Source: Microcystaceae cyanobacterium (GTDB lineage Bacteria; Cyanobacteriota; Cyanobacteriia; Cyanobacteriales; Microcystaceae). Taken from it: a stretch of DNA of 20,435 nt. Made by a program: the position numbers and the translations under genes. The notes under the pieces were generated by a model that did not search any database, was not told where the DNA came from, and saw nothing but the letters and a program-made list of their open reading frames with translations. The stretch is from positions 1-20,435 of the forward strand of contig JBGTGT010000072.1 in the NCBI GenBank assembly GCA_041746575.1, given 5' to 3'. The stretch's first letter is position 1; every line of letters begins with the position of its first letter. Shown here piece after piece: positions 17,469 through 20,435 of the stretch.

Positions 17469-17915
17469 TTAAGAAATATTCTGCTGAGAAGTTAAAGACA
17501 CTGTGGCAATTAAAGGACAAATCGCTTCGGGATGAGATTGAGAAAGGGGATGAGTTGCCCAAGCTTTGCGGTATTGTTCTAATTCAGCCTTAAAAAGCAT
17601 CATTTGCTGAATTTTGAGTTCCAATTCTTCTATTTTCTTATCTAGTAAACGTTTGACTAAATCACAAGGGATTTCTCCCCTATCGCGCACATCGAGGATT
17701 TGCTTAATTTCTTCAAGGCTAAAACCAATGGCTTGCGCTTTTTTAATAAATTCTACCTGTTGACTGGCATCGAGGCTGTAGTAACGATAGCCATTTCCCC
17801 CCCTCTCTACAGGATTTAAAACCCCTAAATCGCTATAATAACGTAAATTACCGACGGAAAGCCCTGTTTTTTGGGCAAGTTCGCCAATTTTAAGGTAAGG
17901 TGTCTGATTCATCAT
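17469..17915 (-). CDS. MerR-family heavy-metal-responsive transcriptional regulator
   Basis: HTH IGELAQKTGLSVGNLRYY...GYRYY; GFSLEEIK; dimerisation helix; Cys84 (IPC) and Cys133 (ICPLI). Confidence 0.93.
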   Translation of the reverse strand: MMNQTPYLKIGELAQKTGLSVGNLRYYSDLGVLNPVERGGNGYRYYSLDASQQVEFIKKAQAIGFSLEEIKQILDVRDRGEIPCDLVKRLLDKKIEELELKIQQMMLFKAELEQYRKAWATHPLSQSHPEAICPLIATVSLTSQQNIS

Positions 17916-17945
17916 TGTTTGTCTGCTATCTGTCTTTCTGTTTCT

Positions 17946-17977
17946 AGTCTAAACTCTCTAGTAAGCTGTAGAGTCAA
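17946..17977 (-). promoter_or_regulatory. MerR-type long-spacer promoter with operator dyad
   Basis: -35 TTGACT (17977-17972), 20-bp spacer, -10 TAGACT (17951-17946); 22-bp dyad ACTCTACAG-CTTA-CTAGAGAGT (17974-17953). Confidence 0.85.
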
Positions 17978-18039
17978 GATATAAGGAACTAAAATCTGCT
18001 TAGATGTTTTCCTGATAGATTATTAAATTCCTTTTTCTC

Positions 18040-18072
18040 AATTTAAGAGATAATTATGAAATTAAGATGAAA
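18040..18072 (-). promoter_or_regulatory. Upstream CopR-type promoter: TTTCAT-CTTAA-TTTCAT, 10 bp, -10 TAAATT
   Basis: Minus-strand repeats at 18072-18067 and 18061-18056; -10 at 18045-18040. Same geometry as the box at 14562-14594. Confidence 0.7.
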
Positions 18073-18123
18073 TGTAAAGCCTTTCTTTTTTCGTAATTTT
18101 AGGTCAGTCAAAATGTATCGGTG

Positions 18124-18156
18124 AAAAGAGGCGACTGTCAAATAAATCGCCCCTTT
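18124..18156 (-). terminator. Intrinsic terminator after the S8 protease gene
   Basis: Minus strand AAAGGGGCGAT-TTATTTGACA-GTCGCCTC-TTTT, 40 bp after the stop; would insulate the copper promoters. Confidence 0.65.
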
Positions 18157-18195
18157 GTGTGTTAAGGATTATTAATCTAAGAATGCTCTTCTGCG

Positions 18196-20193
18196 TCATG
18201 AGAAAAATAGCTCAATTCCAAATTGGACTAATTGACCTTCATCTCGAAACGCTTTATCTTGGACTTCTAGTTGCCAAGTTCCTTTAACCATTTTGCCTTG
18301 AAAATCAGCCAAAGCGGGTGTAGTCATCGCGTCAAATTTCTGTTTCAAATTTCGTGTTGCACCACCACTACGGTTATGAAGAATAATTTTATCTAGCTCA
18401 AGTTCGGGCGGCGAGATTAGTGAAATAATTAAATCCCCAATATATGAATGCAAAATTTCAACAATGACAGAGAGATATTTGATAGGAGTCGTTTCCCCTA
18501 TCTCTAACGTTACACTGACCGTTTGCAAATCGGGCAGCATTTGATTAAAGTTACGAATGACAACCACGTTATTTTGCGGTTGAGGTTGAGCTAGATTAAC
18601 GGCGGTTTGAGCGTTAAGACGACCATAGCCATAAAATTTACTCCAGCCATTGGCATCATACTGGCCACCAGAGGGGTCAATTTTGTCACAAGAACGTTTC
18701 AGCAACTCTTTGACTTCCTGCCAGCGAAGATTAGGATTAACAGCCAATACTAAAGCGGCTACTCCGGCGGCACCCGGACACGAGCTAGAAGTTCCCCCAA
18801 AGCTATTCGTATAGTTACCCGTCACATCTCCATTGGCAAGAGACCCTTGATTATATCCCAGACGGCCGGTGCGGTCAGTTGTCCAAATTCCCGTCGTTAA
18901 TGGCTCAGGATGAGAGAAGGGGGGATAGCCAAAATCACTGCTGGGAAAAGCACACCAAATAGCATTGCCAAAATCGCTATAAACACTGCGCTTGCTTCGG
19001 TCATTGCAAGCGGCCACCGCTATCACCCGCTCATAACTTGCATAACCATCGTTATCTACACTTTCATTGCCATTTCCTGCGGCAAATAAAACGACACAAC
19101 CCTTTCCTTCTCGACCTTGAGTGGTGGCATAATCAATAGCCAGTTTGGTACTGGCGGGCAGCATTACGTTACGAGTGTGCAATGAATCATTCGGGTTAAA
19201 CCATTCGCCATCCTGTGGACCCCAACTACAAGAAATGACATCAGCCCCGTTATCAGCTGCCCAACGGAATGCGTCGGCTTCCTGTAGAGAACCTAAGCCA
19301 CTGGCGAGTCGAATCGGCATTAATTTGGCTTTGGGAGCAACACCTGAAGCTTCTAAATGGCCATTAGCACAAGCAACTCCGGCACAAGATGTACCATGAT
19401 TGTCGGGAAAACCCTGATCTTTGGGGCGGGGGTCGTTACTATTAAAAGTAGCATCTCTCGGTGCGACCAATTTTCCGGAACCGCCAAACTCCACGTGATC
19501 AATGTCAATCCCGTCATCGATAATGGCAATGGTAATGCCTTCTGCTTGTGTAATGAGGTGAGCCGCTTCTACGTTGGCACTCGCCGAAAGGGTGATGCCA
19601 TTAACCAAAGTAGTTTTTAGATGCCATTGTTGAGGAGAAATCCCTCGCAAGCTACGTTTTCTCACAATTTCTGGGTGACAATATTCTACTTCTTCTCGCT
19701 CCAGCAAAGATAAAGCGATTTCAAATACCTGCTCTCCTATGCCTTCGGGCGCAGCCACAAAGAAAGCGTTGGGTGCATAACTAATCTCTTCTTTAAGGGT
19801 CAGACCGGCTTCTCGGATGATCGTCTTGCACTCATCAGGCTCTGTGGTATCGGTAAATTTAATAAACAAGTTTTCTGTGTAAATAACTGGTTCTCCCGAT
19901 TGTTCATCGACTAATACTCCCCCGGCGAAACGGACATCAGGTAATTGACGTAAGGCGACTTTGCGCTCATTGAGCGATTTCTGTTCATGACCCGTTGGCA
20001 CTTTATAGACTTCGACCCCGACTTCGGGAAATGATAAAACTAATTGACCTGCCGATAATTCTGCAGAAATGGGTGTTGGTACGGGAACAGCAGTGGCAGA
20101 ACGTCTTGAGCGGGTACGAACGACGATAAGGTCTTCACTTTTGCGAAATTGAACAGAAGGTTCATCTTTATGACCAAATTTGACTTCCGGCAT
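18196..20193 (-). CDS. S8 family subtilisin/kexin-like serine protease with C-terminal proprotein-convertase P-domain
   Basis: Catalytic Asp (IAIIDDG), His (NHGTSCAG), oxyanion Asn (FAAGNG), Ser (FGGTSSSCP); P-domain VEILHSYIGDL...GTWQLEVQD. Start reassigned to ATG 20193 (GGAG 9 nt upstream) rather than TTG 20208. Confidence 0.92.
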   Translation of the reverse strand: MPEVKFGHKDEPSVQFRKSEDLIVVRTRSRRSATAVPVPTPISAELSAGQLVLSFPEVGVEVYKVPTGHEQKSLNERKVALRQLPDVRFAGGVLVDEQSGEPVIYTENLFIKFTDTTEPDECKTIIREAGLTLKEEISYAPNAFFVAAPEGIGEQVFEIALSLLEREEVEYCHPEIVRKRSLRGISPQQWHLKTTLVNGITLSASANVEAAHLITQAEGITIAIIDDGIDIDHVEFGGSGKLVAPRDATFNSNDPRPKDQGFPDNHGTSCAGVACANGHLEASGVAPKAKLMPIRLASGLGSLQEADAFRWAADNGADVISCSWGPQDGEWFNPNDSLHTRNVMLPASTKLAIDYATTQGREGKGCVVLFAAGNGNESVDNDGYASYERVIAVAACNDRSKRSVYSDFGNAIWCAFPSSDFGYPPFSHPEPLTTGIWTTDRTGRLGYNQGSLANGDVTGNYTNSFGGTSSSCPGAAGVAALVLAVNPNLRWQEVKELLKRSCDKIDPSGGQYDANGWSKFYGYGRLNAQTAVNLAQPQPQNNVVVIRNFNQMLPDLQTVSVTLEIGETTPIKYLSVIVEILHSYIGDLIISLISPPELELDKIILHNRSGGATRNLKQKFDAMTTPALADFQGKMVKGTWQLEVQDKAFRDEGQLVQFGIELFFS

Positions 20194-20435
20194 GATGGGT
20201 GACTCCAATAATGAATTTACTTATAAAGTCATCATTACAAGATAAAGTTACTCTAGCTCGCAAAAAAGTCATGCCAATTCATAAAACTTAAGACGGTAGT
20301 GTAAAAGATGTAGTGAAACTGGATTTTATCCCTAAGGTACTGTTAGAAATCAAGCCCGAAAGGCAAAAATTTTAAAAAGGAGATAAATTATTATATAGTG
20401 AAAGAATGTTTTTTAGCTAAAAAAGAGAGGAAGAG

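Noticed and set aside
13327..19620. Plus-strand ORFs inside the oxidase, DUF411, copA and protease genes
   Set aside because: Antisense shadows of well-supported genes.
18196..20193. Protease as a cyanobactin PatA/PatG or lanthipeptide LanP enzyme
   Set aside because: It has a P-domain rather than the PatA/G C-terminal DUF, and no precursor peptide or modifying enzymes are in the window.
18196..20193. Absence of HIP1 in the protease gene as evidence of horizontal transfer
   Set aside because: At about one HIP1 per 3 kb, a 2-kb gap is expected by chance.
1..20435. CRISPR array, tRNA, IS element or integrase
   Set aside because: No regularly spaced 25-45 bp repeats, cloverleaf or transposase/recombinase motifs found by manual reading; the GTGATCCCC copies are too short and unevenly spaced to be an array.

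Overview
Cyanobacterial chromosomal window (5S rRNA, psb34, seven HIP1 GCGATCGC octamers, AT-rich). In order: the 3' end of an rRNA operon and its terminator; two tandem MscS paralogues; two microproteins plus a GNAT acetyltransferase (one microprotein is missing from the ORF track); a PDC/IPDC-family TPP decarboxylase; a 6-TM K+ channel; a lipase; a small membrane protein; cysK; two AIM24/TIGR00266 paralogues; psb34; a Rho_N/DUF4912 protein; a five-gene minus-strand copper cluster (MerR regulator, P1B Cu-ATPase, membrane-anchored cupredoxin, DUF411/CopG-like protein, Tat multicopper oxidase); and a kexin-like S8 protease with a P-domain. The most interesting signal is the regulation of the copper cluster. 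Two perfect TTTCAT-N5-TTTCAT boxes (the Synechocystis CopR motif) each lie exactly 10 bp before a -10 hexamer, one ahead of the whole cluster and one internal, ahead of the exported CopG/oxidase pair. A separate ZntR-like promoter (20-bp spacer, 22-bp dyad) sits directly before an atypical two-Cys MerR gene. Together these suggest a copper system read by two different sensors. No CRISPR array or intact mobile element was seen.
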